Under the pieces are notes generated by a model, which did no database searches, had not been told where the DNA came from, and saw nothing but the letters and a program-made list of their open reading frames with translations. This document shows, one piece after another, positions 31,182-40,449 of a stretch of DNA of 64,000 bases (its first letter is position 1; each line of letters starts with the position of its first letter). A program made the translations under genes and the position numbers. This DNA comes from an uncultured Candidatus Rokubacteria bacterium (GTDB taxonomy: Bacteria > Methylomirabilota > Methylomirabilia > Rokubacteriales > CSP1-6): contig CAVWWD010000003.1 of the NCBI GenBank assembly GCA_963758635.1, forward strand, positions 1 to 64,000, given 5' to 3'.

Positions 31182-32108
31182 ATGAGCCACGAGCGAGCGG
31201 TGACCGTCGAGGAGATCGTGGGTCTCGTCGACGCGTGGCGCGGCCGGCCGGTGTCCATCCAGCGGCTCACCAACGGGCTCACCAACGCGAACTACCGGGT
31301 CGACGTCGACGGCGAGGCGTTCGTCGTGCGGATCCCGGGCGCGTCGACGGAGCTCCTGGCCATCGACCGGGCGAACGAGCTCCACAATGCCCGGATCGCG
31401 GCCGGGCTCGGCATCGGCCCCGCCGTGCTCCACCACTTCCCGGAGAACGGTGCGACCGTCGGGGAGTTTCTGCACGGCCGGCCCATGACGAACGCCCGCT
31501 TCGGGGAGTCCGGCATGCCCGCCCGGATCGCCGCGACGCTCCGAGACATCCACGGCGGCCCGCGCTTCCTCCGTGACTTCGACATGCTGAGCCTGGCCGC
31601 GCGGTACGAGGGCGTCTTGGAGGCGCGGGGCTTTCCCTTCCCCTCCGGGTACCGGGCGCGGCGGCCCACGATCCAGGCGATCGGCAGAGTGCTCGCCGCG
31701 CGCCCGCTTCCCGCCGTGCCCTGCCACAACGACCTCCTGGCCGACAACTTCATCGACCAGGACGGGAGGCTCCGGCTGCTGGACTGGGAGTACAGCGGCA
31801 ACGGCGATCCGGCGTTCGAGCTCGGGAACAACTGCCGCGAGCTGGACTACGGCGAGGGTCAGGTGGAGGAGCTCTGCGGCGCGTACTTCGGCGGCGCGCA
31901 GGCGCCGCTGGTGGCGCGGGTTCTTCTCCACATGATCGTGTCCGACGTCGGCTGGTCGCTCTGGGCGGCGATCCAGCGGGCGATCTCCCGGATCGCGTTC
32001 GACTTCGAGGCCTACGGCGCCGCTCGCTGGACCCGGGCCGAGGCGGCGATGGACGCTGCCGACTTCCCGTGGTGGCTCGAGGCGGTCACGGAGGCGGCGC
32101 GCCGCTGA
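31182..32108 (+). CDS. choline/ethanolamine kinase-like phosphotransferase (APH family)
   Basis: GLTNANY, RIPG, Brenner motif CHNDLLADN, LLDWEYSG. Confidence 0.88.
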   Translation: MSHERAVTVEEIVGLVDAWRGRPVSIQRLTNGLTNANYRVDVDGEAFVVRIPGASTELLAIDRANELHNARIAAGLGIGPAVLHHFPENGATVGEFLHGRPMTNARFGESGMPARIAATLRDIHGGPRFLRDFDMLSLAARYEGVLEARGFPFPSGYRARRPTIQAIGRVLAARPLPAVPCHNDLLADNFIDQDGRLRLLDWEYSGNGDPAFELGNNCRELDYGEGQVEELCGAYFGGAQAPLVARVLLHMIVSDVGWSLWAAIQRAISRIAFDFEAYGAARWTRAEAAMDAADFPWWLEAVTEAARR

Positions 32109-32173
32109 TCGAGGCGCGGAGGCCTTTCAGCGCGCTGCCGGCACCACGCCGCGCCCCGTCCCGAGGCGGCGGC

Positions 32174-32400
32174 TCACGCCTGGAGCTTCCGGACGACCTT
32201 CCCGCTCGTGTCGGTGAGCCGGAACGCCCGGCCCTGGTGCCGGTACGTGAGCTTCATGTGGTCGAGCCCCATCAGGTCGAGGATCGTCGCGTGCAGGTCG
32301 TGGACGTGGACCGGGTCCTCCGTGATGCCGTACCCGAGCTCGTCCGTCGCGCCGACCAGGGTGCCGGCGGCGATGCCCCCCGCCCGCCATCCACATGGTG
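32174..32400 (-). pseudogene. DUF1501 family C-terminal fragment
   Basis: [54 protein letters not shown]. Confidence 0.75.
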
Positions 32401-32519
32401 AGCGTCAAAGACGCGATCGTTATCGGCCGTGAGGTGGCTGAGTTCCGGTTATCCTGGATCGAGGATCCGATTCCTGCGAACGACCATGACGGACTCCGGC
32501 AGATCACCGAGGCGTTGGA

Positions 32520-32881
32520 GACACCCGGTCTGCGCCGGAGAGACCTTCCACCAAGCAATCGAATTCCGTAGCGTCCTGGACCGCCGCGCAGTAGACATCA
32601 TCATGCTCTGTTTGGAGGTGGGAGGCATCACACAGTTTCTCAGGATCGCCCACATCGTTGAGGCATACGGAGTTCCGCTGACCTACCACGTAACCATGGA
32701 GGCGGCGGCACATGCGCTCGCTGCGGTTACCGGCCGCATCGCCCCGGGCGCCTATCTTCCTTGGGCTGCGCCGCTGTTCACGGAGAAGCTACCAATCCGG
32801 AATGGCCGGCTTGCCTTGTTCGAGCGGCCGGGCCTAGGCTTGGATCTGGATCCGGCAGCGCTGAAGACGTTCGCGGTGTGA
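32520..32881 (+). pseudogene. mandelate racemase/enolase superfamily C-terminal fragment
   Basis: PVCAGE, VGGITQFLRIAH, ERPGLGLDLD; N-terminal domain absent. Confidence 0.7.
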
Positions 32882-32950
32882 CGGAGCCGACGACGTGTTG
32901 GATGGACAGTTGACGACGAGCTTCGGGCCATTGGCTGGCATGGCTTAGTC

Positions 32951-33125
32951 GCAAGCGACCAGCTTGGCCACCACTCGATCAAGGTGACCGTCGATGTCTA
33001 TGGCCACTTGGTGCCCGGCGCGAACAAGACCGCGGTGGACCGGCTGGATGAGCAGGCGCAGGCACTCGAGGCGGCGATCGGGCAGGGGAATGGCGGCGAG
33101 GATCAGGCGGGAGGGGAGCTGATCG
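32951..33125 (+). pseudogene. tyrosine integrase C-terminal stub (module 1), convergent on tRNA-Ala
   Basis: DQLGHHSIKVTVDVYGHLVPGANKTAVDRLDEQAQALEAA with box II His and catalytic Tyr; rest of gene missing. Confidence 0.85.
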
Positions 33126-33127
33126 AG

Positions 33128-33155
33128 CGCAACCCGGCGCAACCCCCGAGCAACC
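33128..33155 (+). repeat. three helically phased (C/A)GCAACC boxes, candidate integrase arm-type sites
   Basis: boxes at 33128, 33138, 33149; same triplet in att modules 2 and 3. Confidence 0.6.
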
Positions 33156-33167
33156 AAAGGCCCACCG

Positions 33168-33207
33168 AAAAGCAACGCGGGGTCACGGATCGCTCCGTAA
33201 CCCCGCG
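33168..33207 (-). terminator. intrinsic terminator downstream of tRNA-Ala
   Basis: minus strand CGCGGGGTTACGGA-GCGA-TCCGTGACCCCGCG followed by TTGCTTTT. Confidence 0.75.
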
Positions 33208-33216
33208 AGAAGAAAA

Positions 33217-33292
33217 TGGTGGAGCTGAGGGGGCTCGAACCCCTGACCCCAAGACTGCCAGCCTTGTGCTCTCCCAACTGAGCTACAGCCCC
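33217..33292 (-). tRNA. tRNA-Ala(GGC)
   Basis: GGGGCTGTAGCTCAGTTGGGAGAGCACAAGGCTGGCAGTCTTGGGGTCAGGGGTTCGAGCCCCCTCAGCTCCACCA: 76 nt, G3:U70 pair, GGC anticodon, encoded CCA. Confidence 0.97.
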
Positions 33293-33304
33293 ACCGCGCC
33301 GGCA

Positions 33305-33334
33305 AGGATACCCTCGGCCGCGCGAAGGTGTCAA
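33305..33334 (-). promoter_or_regulatory. sigma70-type promoter of tRNA-Ala
   Basis: TTGACA-N18-TATCCT, ending 12 nt upstream of the tRNA. Confidence 0.7.
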
Positions 33335-33389
33335 GGATGGCCGCTATTTGGCGCGCAGTGGACCGCCGCTCGCCGCGCCATCCCCCACG

Positions 33390-34383
33390 TCAGCGCGGGT
33401 CGTCGCCCATCCGGTACTCGCAGGTGAGCTCGTCCAGGCGGGCCTTCACGTCGGCGGGAAGCTCGACGGCGGCCGCGGGGAGCACGTCGGCGAGCTGCTC
33501 CGGGCGGCTGGCCCCGACGATCGGCAACGTCACCGCCGGATGCGAGAGGACCCACGCGACGGCCAGGCGCGCGAGCGGCATGCCTGCTTCCTTCGCCACG
33601 CCGCGAAGATCCTCGACGGTGGCAAACTCGCGCTCGTGCCAGTACCGATCCTGGTAGCGAGTCCCCGCGGTGCCGAGCGTGAAGCGCGTGCCCGGCGTTG
33701 GCGCGCCCTCCGCGCGATGCTTTCCGCTGAGGAAGCCGCCGGCCAGCGGGTTGTACGGAATCACGCCCACGCCGTCCTCGAGGCACAGGGGAAGCAGCTC
33801 GCGCTCGATCTGGCGGAACAGCAGGTTGTAGCGCGGCTGGACGGAGTCGAATCGCGCCAGGCCCAGGAGCTCCGAGCGGCCGAGGGCGCGGGCCACCTGG
33901 TACGCGTGATAGTTCGAGCAGCCGACATAGCGAGCCTTGCCCGAGCGCACCACGTCGTCCAGCGCGCGGAGCGTCTCGTCCATCGGCGTCTCCGGGTCGG
34001 GGTGGTGGATCTGGTAGAGGTCCACGTAGTCGGTGCCCAGACGCGAGAGTGACGCGTCGATGGCGTCGAGCACGTGCTTGCGCGACGTGCCCCGATCCCA
34101 CGGCCGGCGGCCGGTGGCGCCCGAGCACTTGGTGGCCACGATGAAGTCGGCGCGTCGGCCCTTGAGCCATCGGCCCACGATCTCCTCGGTCCGGCCCACC
34201 GTCTCCGGCGTTCCGCCGATCGGATAGAACGTCGGCCGTGTCGAGAAAGCTCACGCCGCCGTCGGCGGCGCGGTCGAGGATGGCGAACGACGTGGGCTCG
34301 TCGCACTGCAGCCCGAACGTCATGGTGCCGAGGCAGAGACGCGAGACGCGGAGACCGGTGCGGCCGAGGCGGACGTGGCGCAT
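33390..34383 (-). CDS. aldo/keto reductase, frameshift near 34225
   Basis: [55 protein letters not shown]. Confidence 0.92.
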
Positions 34384-34495
34384 GGGCCCGAGGGTAACGT
34401 CGGGGTCACGCCGGGGCAAGCGACGGCCGCGTCGGTGGGCCGACACTCGACGGGTCCGGACGGTCCCGTGGCGACGGCTGCTATCATCCCGGGCG

Positions 34496-34842
34496 ATGCC
34501 CATGCTCGTCGTCCGCGTGCCGCTGCCCCTTGCCGACGTCCGGCGAATGGCCGCCGAGCAGTTCGGGGACTTCGTGAAGGCGGTGGTCGATATCGAGCGC
34601 GAGGTGATGGCCATCGGCGGCGAACTGCACGCCGATGGGAGGCCCTCCTCATCGAGGATGGCAGCCGTCAGGCCGACCTGTGGGGCATCAATCTCTATCC
34701 GGACCTTCCGACGGAGCAGCTGGTGGAGTTCGACTCCATGATCAACGTGCGGCCGTCGCAGGGCAATCGATCGCGAGGTGTGGACGACCCGGATCGGCGC
34801 CGCCGGATCGAGGCGGTCGTCCGGCGTCTCATCGTGCCGTGA
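34496..34842 (+). CDS. DUF5674-like protein, frameshift near 34638
   Basis: [21 protein letters not shown] / [40 protein letters not shown]. Confidence 0.75.
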
Positions 34843-35171
34843 TGGAGCCCGTGTACCGGCACCGAGAGCTTGCCAGCGGGCGGTGGCACGTCCTGTCCCT
34901 GGCCGAGCAGCTCGCCAACGTGGGCAGCGAGGTTGGACGGATGCGCCGCGCCCGCGACGAGGCCCTCAGGACGCGTGCCTTCGAGCGTGCCCTCGAGCTC
35001 CTCGATCTCACCCTGGCCGACCCGCGCTGGCGCACTCGCCTGCGGGAGGTCGCCCGCGCCCGGGAGCTGCTCTGCGACGCGGCGACGGGGGGCGCCGAGT
35101 ACAGCACGACCCTCGAGGATCTGGACGCGTACTTCCTCGCGTTCGCGATCGCCGCCCGGCGCAACCGCTGA
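34842..35171 (+). CDS. small helical hypothetical protein translationally coupled to the DUF5674-like gene
   Basis: TGATG overlap; [41 protein letters not shown]. Confidence 0.75.
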   Translation: MEPVYRHRELASGRWHVLSLAEQLANVGSEVGRMRRARDEALRTRAFERALELLDLTLADPRWRTRLREVARARELLCDAATGGAEYSTTLEDLDAYFLAFAIAARRNR

Positions 35172-35315
35172 GCGCGTCGGGCTGAGACAAGACCTGGGCG
35201 TTCGTGCGCGGGCGGTGCTCCCGCCCGTCGGGTCACACCGGGGCAAGCGGCGGCCGCGTCGGTGGGGCCGCTGGCGTCGGCGACGGGCCGGCCGCCGCCC
35301 CGGCTGCCCAGGCGT

Positions 35316-35627
35316 CTACCTCGTCTGCGCGTCGTGCTTCTGGCGGAAGATGCGGCGGCTCTGCACGTCCTGCGCGCGCTCGATGCGCGTCTTTTCCCTG
35401 CCCGTCACGATGCCGTCGAACTGGGCGCGCGTCTCGATGTTCTCGACGTGGTTCTGGCCGTGCTCGAGCCTCCGGGTCTCGCGTCCGGTGAGCTGGCCGG
35501 ACTGGACGCCCTGGTCGATGCGCTGCTCCTGGCGGAGCTGGCGGCGGTCGGCCCGCGTCTCGGCGAGGGCGGGGGCGGCGAGGATCAGAAGCGCGAGCGA
35601 GGTGACGACGATCAGTGCCGGTTGCAT
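35316..35627 (-). CDS. small secreted protein with internal helical repeats
   Basis: GGAGG RBS, signal ending ALA; RQEQRIDQGVQSGQLTGRE..DGIVTGREK..IFRQKHD. Confidence 0.75.
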   Translation of the reverse strand: MQPALIVVTSLALLILAAPALAETRADRRQLRQEQRIDQGVQSGQLTGRETRRLEHGQNHVENIETRAQFDGIVTGREKTRIERAQDVQSRRIFRQKHDAQTR

Positions 35628-35870
35628 GTCGGCCTCCCTGGGAGCGTGGGTTCGTTCCTCGGGTGATGCTGGCCGATCTGACGCGCGGTCGCGTACGGGC
35701 GTTTACGTGGCGGCGCGAGCACGCGCGCGGCTGTTCACGTCCGCCGGAACAGCGCGGGCCGTCAGCTGCGCCTACCTGTATCCGAACTGGCGACATTGTT
35801 GGCTCTTCGACGAGCGGGGATGCTGGTGACGTGACCGATCGCCCGCGCCGGCGCGCCGGTCCCGCTCGAC

Positions 35871-36690
35871 GTGTCGATCGACGCCGACCTGCTCCGGCGA
35901 CTCTACCTGGAAGAGCGCCTGACGATGTCGCGTATCGCGGGTGCGATGGGGTGCGGGGAAACCACGATCTTCCGCCTCCTGCGTCGGTTCTCGATCGCCG
36001 CTCGGCCCCGAGGGCCCATCGCCTCGGCGCCGGCTCGCGTCCTGGCCACGTCGGCTGGAACGCCAACGTGGCGTACGCGGTCGGCTTGATGGCGACCGAC
36101 GGGAACCTGTCTCGCGACGACGGATCGATGTCCTTCGTGTCGAAGGACCTCGAGCAAGTAGAGACGCTCCGGCGCTGTCTGGCGCTGAACGCGCCGGTGT
36201 CGTCGGTCACGAACGGGTCGGGGTCGACGCTATCCAAGAGTCCAATGGAGCGACGCGGCGCTGTACGAATGGTTTCTCGAGGATCGGCCTCACGCCGGCG
36301 AAGAGCCTCACGCTCGGAGCTCTCGCAGGTGCCGGACGAGTACTTCGCCGATTTCTTCCGCGGCTGTGTCGACGGCGACGGGTCGGTATCGTGTACACGG
36401 ACCGCTATCACACCTCCAAGAAGCGAGCGTACGTGTACCAGCGCTCTACGTGATCGCTCGTCTCCGCGAGCGGGTCGGTTCCTCTCGTGGATGCGGGAGA
36501 CGTGATTCGGCAGCCAGGTTGGTGGCCGAGGAACGATCCAGGTATTCCGGTCGCCGGGACGCGCGACGTCTGGCGGCTCCGCTACGCGAAGCGTGAGTCA
36601 GTCTCGTGCTGCTCCGCTGGATGTACCGATCCCGCGACGTTCCCAGCCTGGCGCCGCAAGCGCGATATTGCCTGTCGGTCCTTCATCCGC
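35871..36690 (+). CDS. HTH + two-motif LAGLIDADG domain protein, several frameshifts
   Basis: N-terminal LLRRLYLEERLTMSRIAGAMGCGETTI; AYAVGLMATDGNL; IGLTPAKSL; FADFFRGCVDGDGSV; end approximate. Confidence 0.75.
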
Positions 36691-36744
36691 TAGCGGCGCG
36701 CCGATCGGGTCCGGGCGGCCGATGTACATACGCTGCTCGCCGGT

Positions 36745-36833
36745 GCCGGGGTGGCGGAACTGGAAGACGCTGCGGACTCAAAATCCGTGTGCCCGCAAGG
36801 GCTGTGGGGGTTCGAATCCCGCCCCCGGCACCA
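36745..36833 (+). tRNA. tRNA-Leu(CAA)
   Basis: acceptor GCCGGGG/CCCCGGC + ACCA; anticodon arm GCGGA-CTCAAAA-TCCGT; long variable arm GCCC-GCAA-GGGC; TTCGAAT loop; one G-G mismatch in T stem. Confidence 0.93.
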
Positions 36834-37066
36834 AGCTCCTGACGCTGTCCGTGGGTGCCCACCCGATGCCCTGAGGTGCGCTCGATGCTTCGGGCAGAAC
36901 ACCCATGACGCGCGTTCGGTCTCAGGCAAGCCTCCGCGCCTCCTCCGGCACGCGCCTCGAAGCTCAGCGATTCTGGGCGACTCCCGATTGGCCCGGATCC
37001 TGCCTACGCATCAAGCATTCGGGCAGGGCAGCGGGCGCGAGCCCCGCTGGCCGGGGAGGGGTCGCC

Positions 37067-37279
37067 ATGGCGCTCGAGACGACGGTCGCGTACCTTGTGG
37101 CGGTGGGTTTGCCCCTGTGGCTCGTGGTCGAGCAGCTCATGTCGTGGTGGATGTTCAGGCGACAGGAGCCGACGGGGACCCGGGCCGGGTCGGACGATCC
37201 GGTCGCAGTCGAATCAGAGAGAACGATGACGCCTCGCGCGCCCTACGGGCCGCCGGGCGATGCCCGCCGCGCCGCCTGA
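37067..37279 (+). CDS. small membrane protein
   Basis: GGAGG RBS; MALETTVAYLVAVGLPLWLVVEQLMSWW hydrophobic N-terminus. Confidence 0.5.
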   Translation: MALETTVAYLVAVGLPLWLVVEQLMSWWMFRRQEPTGTRAGSDDPVAVESERTMTPRAPYGPPGDARRAA

Positions 37280-37329
37280 CCCGGTTCGGGCGGCGCGGCG
37301 CTCAACCGTCAGACAGGAGATCGCCGCCG

Positions 37330-37824
37330 ATGCCCGAAGCGCCCGCGCCGTCCTCGCCGACGCCGACGATCATCTCCATCACCCAGCTCGCCACCCACCC
37401 GATTCCGCCGGACGCCGCCAACGCCACGTGGCCCAACGTGCTGCACACGCGCGTGGCCGACGTGGTGGCGTCGATGGGCCGGCCACCGTGGGCGAAGCGC
37501 ATCATCGCCGACGAGCGGCAGCTCGTGACCTTGATCGCCACGCCCCCCGGCGGGGGCAACCGCCCGCACTGGCATCGCGACTTCGACGAGTGGTGGGTGG
37601 TGCTGGGAGGGCGGCTCGAGTGGGAGCTGACCGGCGGCACGCGGATCCAGGCGGGGCTGGGCGACATCGTCTGGGTGCCGCGCGGCACCGTGCACCACAT
37701 CATGACCCTCGGCGACGAGGTCTCGATGCGGCTGGCCGTGGCGATGCCTCCCGCGTGGCACTACTACAGCCCGTGCGAGCAGTGCGGCTTCGCCGACGAC
37801 GGGCCGAAGGCGTGGCACGCCTGA
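37330..37824 (+). CDS. cupin domain protein
   Basis: PHWHRDFDEWWVVLGG and GDIVWVPRGTVHHI cupin motifs; C-terminal CEQC. Confidence 0.85.
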   Translation: MPEAPAPSSPTPTIISITQLATHPIPPDAANATWPNVLHTRVADVVASMGRPPWAKRIIADERQLVTLIATPPGGGNRPHWHRDFDEWWVVLGGRLEWELTGGTRIQAGLGDIVWVPRGTVHHIMTLGDEVSMRLAVAMPPAWHYYSPCEQCGFADDGPKAWHA

Positions 37825-37853
37825 CCGCGGGTGCTCAGGAGGTAGCGCGGCCG

Positions 37854-37891
37854 ACCCTCACCCCGGCCCTCTCCCTGAGAGGGAGAGGGGG
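37854..37891. repeat. REP-like palindromic element between convergent genes
   Basis: CCCTCACCCCGGCCCTCTCCCTGAGAGGGAGAGGG, hairpin CCCTCTCCCT/AGGGAGAGGG. Confidence 0.6.
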
Positions 37892-37910
37892 CAGGGCCGG
37901 CCCCTCGCGG

Positions 37911-38957
37911 TCACGCCGGCAAGCTGACGCGCTGGCCCGTCGCCGCCGACTGGAGCGCGGCGCCCAGCACCTCCTGCGCGTCGCGTCCGACCTCGGGCGT
38001 GCAGAGGGGATCGAACGGCCGGCCGTCGCGCAGGCGCGCGAGGAAATGCGTCACGCCGTCGCGCTCGTCGTCCGCGAGCGCGGGCGGCTCGACGAACGTG
38101 CTGTCCGCTCCCTTCACCACCTGCACGCGTCCAGGGCCGGTCTTCTGGCCCTCGCGCACGGCCCGCGGCTGGTGCACGATCAGCGTTCCGCGATCGCCGT
38201 GCACGATCATGGCGAAGCCCGGCTCTCCTGCCATCTGCGTCCAGCTCGCCTCGAGCAGCCCCAGCGCCCGCGCATGGCGCAAGACGACGACCGCGTTGTC
38301 CTCGGCGGGGAGGTCTTCCTTCCGGAGGCGCGCCGAGACCGCCGTCACGTCGAGCGGGCGGCCGAGGAGGAACCGGCAGAGGATGGCGCCGTAGCCGCAG
38401 TAGTCCACGAGCGCGCCGCCCCCGTTCCGGGCCGGGTCGTAGAGCCACGCGCAGAACTCGGCGGAGCAGCCGTACTCACGCGGACCCGCGTGACCGCCCC
38501 GGTGCGAGACCTGGACGGGCTCGCCCACCTCGCCCGCGCGCGCCAGCGCGAGGCCGTGACGGAGCGCGGGTCGCCACACGGTGGGCCAGTTGATCATGAG
38601 CGGGCGTCCCGACGCGCGGGCGGCGGCGAGGAGGGCGTCCGCTCCCGCGAGGTCCGCGGCCATCGGCTTCTCGACCATGGCGGGGAGACCGCGCCGGAGC
38701 GCGCGGGCGCCCAGCTCGGCGGAGGCGCGGTTGTCGCTGAAGACGAGCACCGCGTCCAGGTCGCGGCGCTCGATGAGCGCGTCGAACGTGGCGTGCGTCT
38801 CCACCCCGCCGTGGGCGCGCGTCGCCCGCTCGCACAGACGCGGGTCGGGATCCGCCACCGCGGCCAGGTGGCCGAGGTCGCCGGCGGCGATCGCCTGGAG
38901 ATTGCTCCACACGTGGTCGTGGCTGAGGCCGAGCACACCCACCCGGAGTCGCGTCAT
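37911..38957 (-). CDS. Gfo/Idh/MocA family oxidoreductase
   Basis: LRVGVLGLSHDH, MVEKPMA, GGGALVDYCGYG. Confidence 0.9.
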   Translation of the reverse strand: MTRLRVGVLGLSHDHVWSNLQAIAAGDLGHLAAVADPDPRLCERATRAHGGVETHATFDALIERRDLDAVLVFSDNRASAELGARALRRGLPAMVEKPMAADLAGADALLAAARASGRPLMINWPTVWRPALRHGLALARAGEVGEPVQVSHRGGHAGPREYGCSAEFCAWLYDPARNGGGALVDYCGYGAILCRFLLGRPLDVTAVSARLRKEDLPAEDNAVVVLRHARALGLLEASWTQMAGEPGFAMIVHGDRGTLIVHQPRAVREGQKTGPGRVQVVKGADSTFVEPPALADDERDGVTHFLARLRDGRPFDPLCTPEVGRDAQEVLGAALQSAATGQRVSLPA

Positions 38958-39148
38958 CGTCGAGGTTCCTCCCGCCGGACAATCTAGCAGCACGAAGGGC
39001 TCGTTCAAGGCGCGCGAGCGGTCTTCGCGCATCGCCCCGGTTCGCCCGTGTGCGGGCGCGTCCTGCCTGCTAAGATCGCCTCGCGCATCGACCTCGCGTC
39101 GCGCATCGACCAGCAGCCGCACGAGCGACGCCCGGAGGAGGGTTCCCC

Positions 39149-40432
39149 ATGGCAGCAGAGCCAGTGCCGAGCGGCACCGATCCGCAGCACCGCTGGGAGC
39201 GGCCGATCCAGGCTCCCGGCCGCATGCAGGTGGACTTCGAGGAGCGCGTGGACTTCCGGCGCCTGCACGCCTACCGGCTCGGCCGCACCCGCGAGGCCCT
39301 CGCGCGCTCGGGGCTCGGCGCGCTGCTCGTGTTCGATCAGCACAACATCCGCTACATCTCGGGCACGGTGATCGGCGAGTGGGCGCGGGACAAGCTGATT
39401 CGCTACTGCCTGCTCACCGGCAACGGCCAGCCCTGGGTGTGGGACTTCGGCTCGGCTGCCCGCCACCATCGCCTCTACGCGCCCTGGCTGGACGCCACGC
39501 ACTGCCTGGCCGGCATGGTCGGCATGCGCGGCGCGGTGTCGCCGAAGGCCGGCCTGTTCGAGCGCGCGGCGCAGGAGATCAAGGAGATCCTCGTCCGCGA
39601 GGGCGTGGCCGGCATGCCGCTCGGCATCGACGTGGTCGAGCCGCCGTTCATGTTCGCCCTGCGGGACGCCGGCGTCGAGGTCCGCGACGGCCAGCAGGTG
39701 ATGCTGGAGGCGCGGGCGATCAAGAACGTGGACGAGCTCACGCTCCTCAACATGGCGGCGGCCATGGGCGACGGCGTGTACCAGGACATCTTCGAGGCGC
39801 TCAAGCCGGGCGCGCGCGAGAACGAGATCGTGGCGCTCGCCAACAAGCGGCTCTACGAGATGGGCTCGGACTGCGTGGAGGCGATCAACGCGATCTCCGG
39901 CGAGCGCTGCTCGCCGCACCCGCACAACTTCACCGACCGGCTGATCCGGCCCGGCGACCAGGCGTACTTCGACATCATCCAGTCGTTCGTGGGCTACCGC
40001 ACCTGCTACTACCGCACGTTCGCGGTGGGCCGCGCCACCGGCGTCCAGGTCAGCGCCTACCGCCGCGCGCGCGAGTGGATGGACAGCGCGATCGCCCTCA
40101 TCAAGCCCGGCGTGGGCACGGACCGCATCGCCGAGTGCTTCCCGCGCGCGGAGGAGATCGGCTTCGAGAGCGAGATGGCCGCGTTCGGGCTGAACTTCTG
40201 CCACGGCCTCGGGCTCGGGCTGCACGAGCGGCCGATCATCTCGCGGCTGAACTCCTTCGAGGAGCCCATGGAGCTCCAGGCCGGCATGGTGTTCGCGGTG
40301 GAGACGTACTGCCCGGCCGAGGATGGCATCTCCGCCGCGCGGATCGAGGAGGAGGTCATCGTCACGCCGCGGGGCGCGCAGATCATCACGCTGTTCCCGG
40401 CCGAGGAGCTGCCGATCGCGAACCGCTACTGA
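39149..40432 (+). CDS. M24 family metallopeptidase (Xaa-Pro peptidase/creatinase-like)
   Basis: GGAGGAG RBS; ARAIKNVDE, HGLGLGLHERP, GMVFAVET, RIEEEVIVT. Confidence 0.9.
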   Translation: MAAEPVPSGTDPQHRWERPIQAPGRMQVDFEERVDFRRLHAYRLGRTREALARSGLGALLVFDQHNIRYISGTVIGEWARDKLIRYCLLTGNGQPWVWDFGSAARHHRLYAPWLDATHCLAGMVGMRGAVSPKAGLFERAAQEIKEILVREGVAGMPLGIDVVEPPFMFALRDAGVEVRDGQQVMLEARAIKNVDELTLLNMAAAMGDGVYQDIFEALKPGARENEIVALANKRLYEMGSDCVEAINAISGERCSPHPHNFTDRLIRPGDQAYFDIIQSFVGYRTCYYRTFAVGRATGVQVSAYRRAREWMDSAIALIKPGVGTDRIAECFPRAEEIGFESEMAAFGLNFCHGLGLGLHERPIISRLNSFEEPMELQAGMVFAVETYCPAEDGISAARIEEEVIVTPRGAQIITLFPAEELPIANRY

Positions 40433-40449
40433 GCGGTGAGCGTCCTCCC

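Larger units (their letters stand above)
34398..35270 (+). repeat. ~45-bp imperfect direct repeats (34398-34442, 35226-35270) bracketing a two-gene cassette
   Basis: CGTCGGGGTCACGCCGGGGCAAGCGACGGCCGCGTCGGTGGGCCG vs CGTCGGGTCACACCGGGGCAAGCGGCGGCCGCGTCGGTGGGGCCG. Confidence 0.85.

Noticed and set aside
5634..33261. CRISPR array or integron attC array
   Set aside because: Repeats are kilobases apart and tRNA-derived; no cas genes, no intI and no attC-type structure seen.
36745..36833. group I intron or pseudo-tRNA at tRNA-Leu(CAA)
   Set aside because: Anticodon arm is continuous; the single T-stem mismatch is within the error level seen across this window.
38581..40449. 1054-aa ORF 38581..41745 and similar long overlapping or antisense ORFs (8554..11145, 24609..27263, 57440..60469)
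   Set aside because: Shadow frames of GC-rich coding DNA; the real genes carry family motifs in other frames.
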